This document shows positions 26,983 to 35,254 of a stretch of DNA of 64,000 nt, piece after piece. Below the pieces are notes generated by a model. The model saw only the letters and a program-made list of their open reading frames with translations, made no database searches and was not told the origin of the DNA. Source of the DNA: a virus. A program made the position numbers and the translations under genes. The first letter of the stretch is position 1; each line of letters begins with the position of its first letter. The DNA is taken from the IMG/VR virus record IMGVR_UViG_3300043788_000023, positions 105,609 through 169,608 of that record, one strand, 5' to 3'.

Positions 26983-27767
26983 TTCGTGCCCTCCATGGCT
27001 CTGTTAGCGAAGTCGTGCGTCGGTTGGGGAAGCTCGTACACCACGCCAGCGTTTTGAAGACTGGCTTGCAGTTGCTTGCGTGTGTCTGGTGTAAACTGCC
27101 CATGGACTTTCTGAAACCCCCGATGAAAAATGGCGGAGACGTTGTCTTGATAGGTGTCCAAAATTTGGCGACCCTGAGGCTGTAAAATCCAGTCCAGAAC
27201 TTGGTTGGCTTCACCGCTTGCGTTCGCGGCGAGGGCAATCCCATAGTCAATGCCGACTAGCCCGTATGCGGGCGAATACGCCCAGTTGCCAAGGTGACGG
27301 TCGGTTACCCCGTAAGCTTTGTGGAGCCAGTGCCACTGTCCCAGTTGATCCAAGAATCGCACGCGCCATGCTTCGGTTAGCTGAATCAACCGCCATGCGT
27401 CAGGCTGCTTGTCGAGCGTTACGGCTCCGGGCACCCATACGATGACGTTTGTGTCTCGGTTTTTCAGCACCCCAATTTCGTCTATGTCAATCTTGAGGAT
27501 AGGTCGGGCATTGTCAACCCGCAGCAGCATGGCAGCCTCAGCTACGAGGCGTTCATTTCGGGCAGCATTTGCATGACTCGGCGAGGCTTTGAGACTACCC
27601 ACCACGCCGTTTTCGGTGAGTAACTTGAAGTGGGTGTCGTTGTTCGCCCCGGAACTGGTTATCGTGTCAGCGGCTACAGGCTCCACAGCAACGATTCTCC
27701 CAAGCGACAGAGATAGCGCAGTTAGCTTGGCGTTGATGCTGTCCAGCAGTGTTTGGTCGAGGAGCAT
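26979..27767 (-). CDS. HipA/PI3-4-kinase-like protein kinase
   Basis: LK...NE.L..., TDRHLGNW catalytic loop, IDYG. Confidence 0.65.
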   Translation of the reverse strand: MLLDQTLLDSINAKLTALSLSLGRIVAVEPVAADTITSSGANNDTHFKLLTENGVVGSLKASPSHANAARNERLVAEAAMLLRVDNARPILKIDIDEIGVLKNRDTNVIVWVPGAVTLDKQPDAWRLIQLTEAWRVRFLDQLGQWHWLHKAYGVTDRHLGNWAYSPAYGLVGIDYGIALAANASGEANQVLDWILQPQGRQILDTYQDNVSAIFHRGFQKVHGQFTPDTRKQLQASLQNAGVVYELPQPTHDFANRAMEGTK

Positions 27768-27775
27768 GCCCTATT

Positions 27776-28114
27776 CTAGTCTTGAACCCTTTCCCAAGTC
27801 ACGTAAACTTTTCGCGCCTTCAAACCGGATTGCTTCACGGGCTGGTAATTCACATCAACCGCCTCAACGATTCTCTCCCAATGGCAATGCTTGTTTCCAA
27901 GAGGGGCATCGTCAAAAGCACAACCGTGTGGCGCGTTGTCAGTGGGCATGATCACCGCACTTTCAGGAACATCGTAGTCTTTGGCGTACTCAGCGGCATC
28001 GGGCTGCGCCCAACTACATCCGGCTGCGCGGCAAAGCCAAAAAATAACGCCAATCAGGATGAGGCCCGACACTGTTCCAAATGGATTGCTTGAAGCCTTT
28101 TTTGTCTCAGCCAT
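27776..28114 (-). CDS. Membrane-anchored hypothetical protein
   Basis: N-terminal TM; PHGC.F..APLGNKHCH motif; ends in TAG. Confidence 0.6.
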   Translation of the reverse strand: MAETKKASSNPFGTVSGLILIGVIFWLCRAAGCSWAQPDAAEYAKDYDVPESAVIMPTDNAPHGCAFDDAPLGNKHCHWERIVEAVDVNYQPVKQSGLKARKVYVTWERVQD

Positions 28115-28299
28115 TATTGCACCGTACCCGTGATCACGCGCCCGCCGCCGTTGATGTAGTCGGGTTGAACCACGCACGGGCCTTGGATGCAGGTGTGGTT
28201 GCCAGCAGGCACTAAGTCACCTGCGTGGTAGACGGGTTGCTGTGGGGCAGAGGAACACGCACACAGCAAAACAACTGGCAGGAGCAGCAGACTTTTCAT
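28114..28299 (-). CDS. Small lipoprotein
   Basis: MKSLLLLPVVLLCAC lipobox; GGAGGG SD. Confidence 0.6.
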   Translation of the reverse strand: MKSLLLLPVVLLCACSSAPQQPVYHAGDLVPAGNHTCIQGPCVVQPDYINGGGRVITGTVQ

Positions 28300-28389
28300 C
28301 GTTCCCTCCAGCCATAGTATACAGCGGGGTCTGAAGGATTGTCTACGAAGGAAAAGCGAAGAGGGCACGTCCCATAACGGAGAGTATGT

Positions 28390-28896
28390 TTACCTGCCTG
28401 CGCGTGCTTCTTCCCTTATTTTTTCGTCTCTAAGGGCTTGGTAGATCGTTCCCACAGAGCACTGATGCTTCTTCGCAACAGCGCGATAACTCATCCCACT
28501 TTGCCGATCTCTTTTGACCGCTTCTAAATCAAAGACTCTTTTAGGTCGTCCGGGGAAACGTCCATTTTCACGGGCTTTTTCCAGCCCGCGCTTGATTCTC
28601 TCGCCCACGGGAAGCATGCTGTACAACACTGTCAGGTCTCCGGGCTTATACACGACGACGGGCAAGCCCGCTTTCGCCAGTAATCCTGCGACCTCGTTTT
28701 GATTGCCGTGCAGTTGTCGCCCTACCGTGGGGCCTTTTGTCTCAATCGGTCGAATAGTTAGTTCATCTGTCTCAGGGTCAGTTCGGTAGCAAAGAAAATC
28801 GGGCCAGCCGTTTCTGATAACAGTCCATCCATCCGCCTCAAGCTCTTCTTTAGCTTGTCGTTCCGCTTTGGTCAGATTCCTCGCCGTTATAGCCAT
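28390..28896 (-). CDS. PD-(D/E)xK (VRR-NUC-like) nuclease fused to a resolvase-type HTH
   Basis: GWPDFL...IETK...Q; ERIKRGL..AR..G...GRP; C-terminal HTH. Confidence 0.7.
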   Translation of the reverse strand: MAITARNLTKAERQAKEELEADGWTVIRNGWPDFLCYRTDPETDELTIRPIETKGPTVGRQLHGNQNEVAGLLAKAGLPVVVYKPGDLTVLYSMLPVGERIKRGLEKARENGRFPGRPKRVFDLEAVKRDRQSGMSYRAVAKKHQCSVGTIYQALRDEKIREEARAGR

Positions 28897-28901
28897 CAGA
28901 T

Positions 28902-29090
28902 TTACCTTGTCTTACACACCGCGCATCTGGAATCGCTGGGCGGTATCAGGTGCTTGCAACTGCGGCACGGGTGATAGCCCAAGTCCAGCAACGTTTTCCT
29001 GCTCCGAACGCCCCAGTCCCGGCACCACGGACACAGACCGTTTTCGTCAAGCTGGTACCAGAAATTGCGAAGTTTGGTCAGGATTCCCAT
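28902..29090 (-). CDS. Small zinc-finger protein
   Basis: Three CxxC pairs. Confidence 0.5.
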   Translation of the reverse strand: MGILTKLRNFWYQLDENGLCPWCRDWGVRSRKTLLDLGYHPCRSCKHLIPPSDSRCAVCKTR

Positions 29091-29563
29091 TTGCCCAGCT
29101 TGCTGCGCAGCCTTGCCTCTACAGCAGGGGGCACCAATCCCGAGACCGATCCGCCGTGGCGCACGACCGCCCGCACAAGCGACGAGCTTAGATAGCTGTG
29201 AGCCTCGCCGGGTATCATGAATACGGTCTCTATCTCAGGGGCGAGCTTGCGGTTCATCATCGCCATCTGTAACTCGTACTCATAGTCGGACACGGCGCGG
29301 ATGCCGCGCAGCAGGATGCGTGCTCCCAAGTGTTTCGCGTAATCCACCACCAGCCCTTCAAACGTCCCCACCTCTACGTTTGGGAGATGCTTGGTGTTCT
29401 CGTGCAGCATCTCTATCCTCTCCTCCAAGGAAAAGAGGGGTGCCTTGTCGCTCTTCAAGGGCACAGCCACGTAAACTATGCCGATCTTGGAAGCCCGCGA
29501 GATCAGGTCAAGGTGCCCGTTCGTGACGGGATCGAATGTGCCCGGATATACGACGATGTTCAC
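29078..29563 (-). CDS. coaD: Phosphopantetheine adenylyltransferase
   Basis: YPGTFDPVTNGHLD, RGIRAVSDYEYELQMA.MN, SSS.V. Confidence 0.96.
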   Translation of the reverse strand: MNIVVYPGTFDPVTNGHLDLISRASKIGIVYVAVPLKSDKAPLFSLEERIEMLHENTKHLPNVEVGTFEGLVVDYAKHLGARILLRGIRAVSDYEYELQMAMMNRKLAPEIETVFMIPGEAHSYLSSSLVRAVVRHGGSVSGLVPPAVEARLRSKLGKWES

Positions 29564-29950
29564 TTAAAAAGTTCCGATCCGCTCGCGCTTCTCCAGCCCC
29601 ATCTCCACGCACCAGTCTTGCAGCACCGTGATGGCCTTGATCACCTGCTTGCGGGTGATCTTCTTGTACTTCCGGTTGTGGAAGATGTGGTCGGCTGTCT
29701 TCTCGGCGGCGCAGGCGATGGGCAGGTTCGTGTTCCAGTCCGTCTCCTTGGCGAAGCCGCAGCCGATGGTGCCGAACTTCGGGAATATCTGCACCGCCTG
29801 GTCACGGTACAGCTTGATGCGGGCGATGAAGTAGTCCTCGTCCAGCGGGGGCGTGATTGACACCAACACACCACCCTTCGCCACGAACGTGTCTTCCGCC
29901 TTGGCGAAGCTTGCGTTGACCTCGATGACTATCTTCTTACTCGTGCTCAT
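29564..29950 (-). CDS. Hypothetical phage protein
   Basis: ITPPLDEDY...FPKFGTIGCGFA.E.DWNTNLP; typical codon usage. Confidence 0.65.
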   Translation of the reverse strand: MSTSKKIVIEVNASFAKAEDTFVAKGGVLVSITPPLDEDYFIARIKLYRDQAVQIFPKFGTIGCGFAKETDWNTNLPIACAAEKTADHIFHNRKYKKITRKQVIKAITVLQDWCVEMGLEKRERIGTF

Positions 29951-30533
29951 ACTCTTCCTTCTCAACCTTGCCCTTACGGTTGACCGTGATCTTCATGTGG
30001 TCGCCGAACATGGTCTCAAGGTCTTCCTCGTCAAAATTCCCGAGGAACTTGGAGACCTTGTCCGTCGCCTTGTCAAACGCCTTGCTGTACTCCTCGTGGG
30101 ACTTGACCTTCACGCCGTCCACGGTGATTGCACCCTTCTCGTCAATGGCGACGGTCTTGCCGTCGATGCTCATGGCGGAAATCTTCCCGCCCTTCATGCC
30201 GTCGAACATGCGCTTGTAGTCGTCCTGCGTCTTGATCTCGTCGCCGTCCTCATTGGTGAGGTCGCCGCTGTTCTCGTCGTACGTGATCTCCTGCCCGTCC
30301 AAGACCAGCGTGACGGAGGGGTAGTCGGTGTGGGCGCTGAACTCGCAGACGTCCCCGTCGTTCCAGTAGGGCGTGTACTGGGTCCAGCCGAACGTGATGA
30401 TGTCCGGGTTCTCCTCAAAGAACTCCTCCGCCATCTCAGCGAAGGCGCTCTTCGCCGTGGTCTCCATCGCCTTTTTGGCTTCGGCGATCTTCTTCTTCAG
30501 TTCTTGGTACTTCTTCGCTGCTGCGGTTGCCAT
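29937..30533 (-). CDS. Hypothetical phage protein
   Basis: WTQYTPYWNDGD.CEF and FGDH..IT motifs; start MATAAAKK. Confidence 0.7.
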   Translation of the reverse strand: MATAAAKKYQELKKKIAEAKKAMETTAKSAFAEMAEEFFEENPDIITFGWTQYTPYWNDGDVCEFSAHTDYPSVTLVLDGQEITYDENSGDLTNEDGDEIKTQDDYKRMFDGMKGGKISAMSIDGKTVAIDEKGAITVDGVKVKSHEEYSKAFDKATDKVSKFLGNFDEEDLETMFGDHMKITVNRKGKVEKEEYEHE

Positions 30534-30624
30534 GATGGGTTTCTCCTCTGATTTTGGTTCCGGTTCCGGCATGTAGTGCGGGTGTCCGACTGGCGGCTTG
30601 TTCAGTCCATTCATCGGGTCCATG

Positions 30625-31011
30625 TCAGTCCACCGTTTTCCTTTTCCTCAAAAGTCTCTTCGCTGACGGAGGCGGCTCGCCTCGCCCGGTTACCATCCAT
30701 TCCTTGACTTCCATCTCTTGGAGGAAGTCCTGCGCGGAGGGGATGAACCTCCCCCGGAAATCCTCAAGCACGTGCTGCTCGCCGATGTCCCGCACCGAGA
30801 TCGTCATGCCGTCGCTGTTCTTCAGCGTGACCCCGAAAACCAGTTCAAGGATCGTGCCCACGAACCATGCGTTGTGGGTCAGCGTCCTGTGGCGGCTGTC
30901 CGCCATCGTGCCCTTGGAGGAGTCCATGAGGTTGTGAATCTCAATGTAGTCCTCGGGCTTACCACCAAACTTTTTGGCGCTGCTCTCTGCGTGAATCCAA
31001 GGCTTCGCCAT
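30625..31011 (-). CDS. DUF6915-like protein
   Basis: MA.PW.HA.SSAKKFGG.PEDY..IH..MD.SK....D.RHR..H...EQHV.ED. Confidence 0.75.
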   Translation of the reverse strand: MAKPWIHAESSAKKFGGKPEDYIEIHNLMDSSKGTMADSRHRTLTHNAWFVGTILELVFGVTLKNSDGMTISVRDIGEQHVLEDFRGRFIPSAQDFLQEMEVKEWMVTGRGEPPPSAKRLLRKRKTVD

Positions 31012-31508
31012 CAGAGGTCATCGTCGCTTTCAACCTCTGGAAATGGGTAATCTCCCAAGTTCGTCGGGCTGTGATCAATGGTCACACCGTGGTTGTGACC
31101 CCAAGAAAGCTTGACCTCCAAGTCCGGTTCGCTTCCCCAGAACTGGAGCACCGTGCCGCCGCTGACTTGGTTCAGATGCCACCCAAAAGGCTTGCGTGAC
31201 TTCTCCACCATCGCTTGGTATTCCTTGTACGCCTTCGTCGCTGCTTCGTGTTCGGCTTTCAGTTCGCCCACGGTCTTCGTGTCGGGCGTCGCGGACGTGA
31301 TTGTTGCGCCATAGCCAGGAGACGGGGCAGGAGTTAATTTCTTGAATTCGTGTTCGGTGTTCAGGTAGGACTCTTGTGCCTGCTCGCAGAGGGCGTCAAG
31401 CTCTTCCTCTGACATGTCAATCGGCACCCAGACGTAGGTGTACCCGGTGCCGTGCTTCCAGCTTATCGGTTCACCGCAGCGCCAGTGCTCAATCCTTGCA
31501 AGCTTCAT
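31011..31508 (-). CDS. Hypothetical protein
   Basis: MKLARIEHW start with a GAGGAG SD. Confidence 0.6.
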   Translation of the reverse strand: MKLARIEHWRCGEPISWKHGTGYTYVWVPIDMSEEELDALCEQAQESYLNTEHEFKKLTPAPSPGYGATITSATPDTKTVGELKAEHEAATKAYKEYQAMVEKSRKPFGWHLNQVSGGTVLQFWGSEPDLEVKLSWGHNHGVTIDHSPTNLGDYPFPEVESDDDL

Positions 31509-31509
31509 G

Positions 31510-31809
31510 TCAGTTCTCCTCAACGATGTCAAGCATGCGTCCCGCAGCGGAAAGACGCCCACGCATATAGTTCACTGCGAAGAAAAGTTCCTCGGCTGCT
31601 TGTTGGGAGAAGGCTTGTGCGAAGATGCGACCGTCAGACTCGTAGATGTTCCACTGGTTGTTGTACATCCCGTCGTCAACGAACTCCATCCGAGTTAGAG
31701 GCAAGTAGATCATGGGAGAAAGCGCAAGGGAGGCTGCGCAGCCTCCCCCACATAGCTCACCAGTGCTCACCAGTACTGTCAAACCCTGACCCTCATCGGA
31801 GACACTCAC
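31510..31809 (-). CDS. Hypothetical protein (start uncertain)
   Basis: ORF track; co-oriented with neighbours. Confidence 0.45.
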   Translation of the reverse strand: MSVSDEGQGLTVLVSTGELCGGGCAASLALSPMIYLPLTRMEFVDDGMYNNQWNIYESDGRIFAQAFSQQAAEELFFAVNYMRGRLSAAGRMLDIVEEN

Positions 31810-31921
31810 GTGAGCTTCAACTCTCCGAACTATTGGCGGATTCTATTAGACTGGACTGTCGCTCTGGACTGTCGCCAAGTTCATAATACATCTACTGGGG
31901 GATTTTGCAACATGCGGCCGC

Positions 31922-32677
31922 TTAAGACTGCACAGCCCGCCACATGCTTTTTAGCGCACGGCTGACTTCAGCACGAGCTTCCGGTGTCCAATGTGCTGCG
32001 AGAGCTTTGGACATGCGCTTGCGCACACGGTCAGGAGCCTTGTCCCAAACCGCGGTCATCTGTTGGCTGATTCTTTCACGGTCTTCAGGGGACCAACGTG
32101 CGTCCTTGAAGGAACGTCCGTAGTTATGCTTGGGTCCGTGCCCCTTGCCTCGGTAAATGCCGTGAGCACGTGCTATCCTCGCAACGTATAAAGTGGGCTT
32201 GTTTAGGTCACGACCGATGTCAGAGTAGCTTTGATCCGGGTGCTTACGCACATATTCAGCGACCTCGGCGTTGCGCTGCCTAGATTCTTCGGTCACGTTT
32301 GTGCGGCGCTGATTGCTGCGGTACACGACCTGACCGACCACGTGCTTCGGCAACCCGAACGCTTCGGAGATTTCTATGTAGGTCATCTCAGGGTGCGACT
32401 GCACGTAGCGCAGGATGCGGGTATCACGCTTCTGTTGGAGTTCCTTGGCGGATAGGACTCGGGGCACTCGTGGTTTGGGGGTTCTCCACTCCAAGTGGGA
32501 TGTCCCGGTGAGACCAGCGGCACGGGCTTTCTTGAAGTTCCGGCGCTTCGCTGCAAAATAGACGGAGTTCATAGAACGCCCGAAGTGCGCCCCGATCTCA
32601 CGCCAAGTAAGCTCCGGGTGTTCAGCAGCGTACTTCACAACTTCATCGTTGGATTGTTTGGAACTGTACTTGCTCAT
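31922..32677 (-). CDS. Triple-HTH-repeat DNA-binding protein
   Basis: HPELTWREIGAHFG / HPEMTYIEISEAFG / HPDQSYSDIGRDLN repeats and a NUMOD3-like tail. Confidence 0.7.
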   Translation of the reverse strand: MSKYSSKQSNDEVVKYAAEHPELTWREIGAHFGRSMNSVYFAAKRRNFKKARAAGLTGTSHLEWRTPKPRVPRVLSAKELQQKRDTRILRYVQSHPEMTYIEISEAFGLPKHVVGQVVYRSNQRRTNVTEESRQRNAEVAEYVRKHPDQSYSDIGRDLNKPTLYVARIARAHGIYRGKGHGPKHNYGRSFKDARWSPEDRERISQQMTAVWDKAPDRVRKRMSKALAAHWTPEARAEVSRALKSMWRAVQS

Positions 32678-32697
32678 GCTTGCTAATACTTGAAAAT

Positions 32698-32782
32698 TGG
32701 TACGCGGGGGAGGAATCGAACCTCCGACCTCTCCTCATCAAAAGGGGAGCGCTCTGGTACAACCCAACTGAGCTACCCGCGT
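32698..32782 (-). tRNA. Atypical tRNA or pseudo-tRNA (enlarged D loop, ambiguous anticodon loop CTTTTGATG)
   Basis: ACGCGGG/CCCGCGT-ACCA acceptor; GGAGG-TTCGATT-CCTCC T arm. Confidence 0.65.
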
Positions 32783-32784
32783 AT

Positions 32785-32889
32785 TGGAGCGCCTGGGGGG
32801 ATTTGAACCCCCGACCAACGGATTATTTCTCCGCTGCTCTTGCGAGGTCGGTTTTAGAGACCGCCGCTCTACCACTGAGCTACAGGCGC
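32785..32889 (-). tRNA. 105-nt tRNA with a CTA (amber) anticodon and two extra hairpins
   Basis: GCGCCTG/CAGGCGC-TCCA; CGGT-CTCTAAA-ACCG; insert CTCGCAAGAG and GCGGA-GAAATAA-TCCGT. Confidence 0.75.
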
Positions 32890-32894
32890 AAACT

Positions 32895-32969
32895 TGGCAC
32901 CCCCGGTGGGATTTTTACCCACATGCGCGGCTTTAGAGGCCACTGCTCTTGCTGTTGAGCTACGGGAGT
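32895..32969 (-). tRNA. Amber suppressor tRNA (CTA) with a degenerate T loop
   Basis: ACTCCCG/CGGGGGT-GCCA; GTGGC-CTCTAAA-GCCGC; T loop TAAAAAT. Confidence 0.75.
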
Positions 32970-32970
32970 A

Positions 32971-33037
32971 TGGTGTACGCATCTTATCGCACCCACGAGG
33001 GCGTAAGGGAGACTTTCTTTCCGGGTGCGCGGCGTAC
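32971..33037 (-). ncRNA. Candidate CCA-ended hairpin RNA
   Basis: GTACGC...CGCACCC...GGGTGCG...GCGTAC-ACCA between two suppressor tRNAs. Confidence 0.4.
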
Positions 33038-33095
33038 CTGCGATTTTTCCCGTCAGTCGTCTCTGCGAAATATCGTTCGGTGTCTAATACTGGTG

Positions 33096-33174
33096 TGGTG
33101 GGGTCGGCGGGATTTGAACCCGGCGATCAGGGTTTTAGAGACCCCTGCTTTGGGCCAGACTAAGCTACGACCCC
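33096..33174 (-). tRNA. Amber suppressor tRNA (CTA)
   Basis: GGGGTCG/CGACCCC-ACCA; GGGGT-CTCTAAA-ACCCT; GGGTTCAAATCCC. Confidence 0.85.
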
Positions 33175-33180
33175 GCACCA

Positions 33181-33786
33181 TCAGTATACAGCCACCTCTT
33201 TCAAACTGGCTACCAGCTTCTTGCCGATCTTGTCAATCTGCTTCCACTTGATCTTGAACGTGTCGCTGTCAAGCTGATGCAGCCATGACGCGTTTGAGTG
33301 AATCTCCGCAAGACCCGCAAGGATCAGTGACGGAGCCTCGGGACGCTTGATGAACTCGTCAATGGCGGTTGCGCCCTTGATCGTGTGGATGTCCATGTCC
33401 GCCCGAATCAGGTCGCCGATCTGCTCGTCTTCCGGTGACCAGTGATCGTGCCCGTCAAGTTGTATAGCAGCATGCTTCATCCACGTCTCGTAACTGATCT
33501 GCGCGTGGTTCGTAAAATGCTGCTTGCCGTCCTCGTCCACAGTGCGACAGAACGGCTTGCCGCAGTCGTGGTAGATCAGGTAGTGCTGCATGATGTTCAG
33601 AGGAAGCTGGTGCGGCTTCATCGCTGCTGCCCACTCGGGCATGCGCCACTTGAGCTTTGGCTCCGGGCTGATGATGTCCAGATAGCGGGCGAATACGTCC
33701 ATCCCGTGATCCAGCACACTCATTCCGGGGAACTGCTCACACCTCTTCATCGGTTCTTCCAGCTTACACAGATTGGTCTACAGCAT
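33181..33786 (-). CDS. HD-domain phosphohydrolase with an in-frame TAG at codon 3
   Basis: SVLDHG, YHDCGKP, F.NHAQIS. GAGGAGG SD then ATG CTG TAG ACC..., in frame with the 33750 ATG. Confidence 0.75.
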
Positions 33787-33964
33787 TGTCTTCCTCCTCG
33801 GCGCAGAACCCGCAGTGCGGGCACGTGACGCCATATAGAATTCCCCAGCAATACGACTTGCCACACTTTTCGCAAGCAAGTCTGTGGGAGCCGGGGTTTG
33901 AGCTTCCACAGCAACAAAGTTTTGTCACCACTGGTGACGGCATAAACACGTCAAGCCAACTCAT
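33764..33964 (-). CDS. Small zinc-ribbon protein
   Basis: CEKCG...CPHCG; start MSWLDVF. Confidence 0.55.
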   Translation of the reverse strand: MSWLDVFMPSPVVTKLCCCGSSNPGSHRLACEKCGKSYCWGILYGVTCPHCGFCAEEEDNAVDQSV

Positions 33965-34629
33965 CAGACATCCTCCTCGGTGCTGCCCTGCTTGCGGACG
34001 CCCCATCCTCCGCGCCAGTATACCTCAAGGGTGTCATCCCACATCGCCTCACGGCGGTCGTTCCAACTGGGCCAGACCTCGTACTCCTTCGCGCCGATCC
34101 CGAGGATGCCACCGTGCTTTTCTTTCTTCGGCGGCAAATCCTTGACTGGGTCTTTGGGGCTGAGACCAAGCTTCCCGTAGGCGTAGTCCGCAGCGTGGCG
34201 GCATTCTTCACCGCCTGGACGAATCTCATCTGCGTGCCTTTTCACCCAGCGGTGGAAGGCGTCCATCTCAACCTTCAGTTCCACGTCGCGGCTCGCCTTG
34301 CGGGTCTCGTCATCGCTCTTGCGGTAGCGCTCGGCGGAGTCCGAGTTGCCCACTTCCGAGTAGTCAATCTCGGCGTCGGGGGTATCCCACAGCAGATCGG
34401 TGATGCTCATTGGCGAGATCACGACCTTTGATCCTTTGCTGGTGTACTTACCGCCCACGAGATCGTAGTAGGGCTTCTTCGCCGGGTCACGCTTCAGCAC
34501 TTGCAGGCGTCCGTCCCAGTACGCAGGCTCGGTGGTCACCGTGAAGATGTCCACGTTCTCCACGCAGCACTCAAGCTCACCGCTCGGATCGGCTTCCTGT
34601 AATTCCGCTATTAAGTCCTTGGTTTTCAT
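33964..34629 (-). CDS. Hypothetical phage protein
   Basis: MKTKDLIAELQEADPSGE...EPAYWDG; GGAG SD. Confidence 0.7.
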   Translation of the reverse strand: MKTKDLIAELQEADPSGELECCVENVDIFTVTTEPAYWDGRLQVLKRDPAKKPYYDLVGGKYTSKGSKVVISPMSITDLLWDTPDAEIDYSEVGNSDSAERYRKSDDETRKASRDVELKVEMDAFHRWVKRHADEIRPGGEECRHAADYAYGKLGLSPKDPVKDLPPKKEKHGGILGIGAKEYEVWPSWNDRREAMWDDTLEVYWRGGWGVRKQGSTEEDV

Positions 34630-34994
34630 TGTATTGCTCCTGTTGCGTCCGGCTCGTGCCAGAGGCGGTAATTGGACAGCGCCCGGCGCTGCACGCCCTC
34701 AATGGGGACGGTGGCAACGGCAGACAGACCCATATTGAAGTCCGGCTCGTAGAATACCTGATGACCGATGTCGTGGGAACGCAGCTTCTCAATGACACGG
34801 AAGAGCGCCGCCTTGTCGGGCACACCAATGGTGATGCACGATGGGGTCACGTCTAAATCTTGGGGTTGAGACAAACGGCGGGCGACCTCAAAGGTCGCGT
34901 GATTGGACTGAACCAACTGTTGCGCAAGGCTGATGTCCTGCCTCACGAACACGTAAAAGTAGGGGTGTTGCTGGGAAACCTAGTGCTGTGACAT
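34626..34994 (-). CDS. Peptidyl-tRNA hydrolase Pth2-like protein with an in-frame TAG at codon 5
   Basis: YFYVFVRQDIS..QQ.VQ..HA, FYEPD....SA.AT.P. ATG TCA CAG CAC TAG GTT... is in frame with the annotated 34952 ORF. Confidence 0.75.
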
Positions 34995-35050
34995 ATCCTT
35001 TGAGCCTCCATGACTCAATACTGCTAAAGTGGTCAGTAGTCAAATAAATT

Positions 35051-35206
35051 GTCGGCGCGACGAACGGGAAATCGAACCCGAACTCCATACGGTGAGGAAC
35101 CAACCGCCGCTCGCTTCGGCTGACTCATCCGGCTAGATGACGCCTCCACGATTATCGCTATCCGGGGAATTCGAACCCCGCTCTCAGCCACGAGAGGTCG
35201 CCCGAC
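35051..35206 (-). ncRNA. ~156-nt double-T-loop structured RNA
   Basis: Closing stem GTCGG-GCGAC/GTCGC-G-CCGAC; T-arm hairpins GGGGTTCGAATTCCCC and CGGGTTCGATTTCCCG; has its own promoter. Confidence 0.6.
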
Positions 35207-35225
35207 GATAACTCCAACAGTGCAT

Positions 35226-35254
35226 ATTATCTCACAGATCGGCGGCTTTGTCAA
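35226..35254 (-). promoter_or_regulatory. sigma70 promoter
   Basis: TTGACA-17 nt-GATAAT. Confidence 0.7.

Noticed and set aside
27767-27778. TAG readthrough fusing 27776..28114 to the kinase
   Set aside because: The kinase ATG is not in frame with the upstream stop.
32785-33174. Pyrrolysine tRNA interpretation of the CUA tRNAs
   Set aside because: They lack the tRNA-Pyl hallmarks (6-bp anticodon stem, tiny D loop and variable loop), no pyl genes are in the window, and the loops look Trp-derived (CTCCAAA to CTCTAAA).
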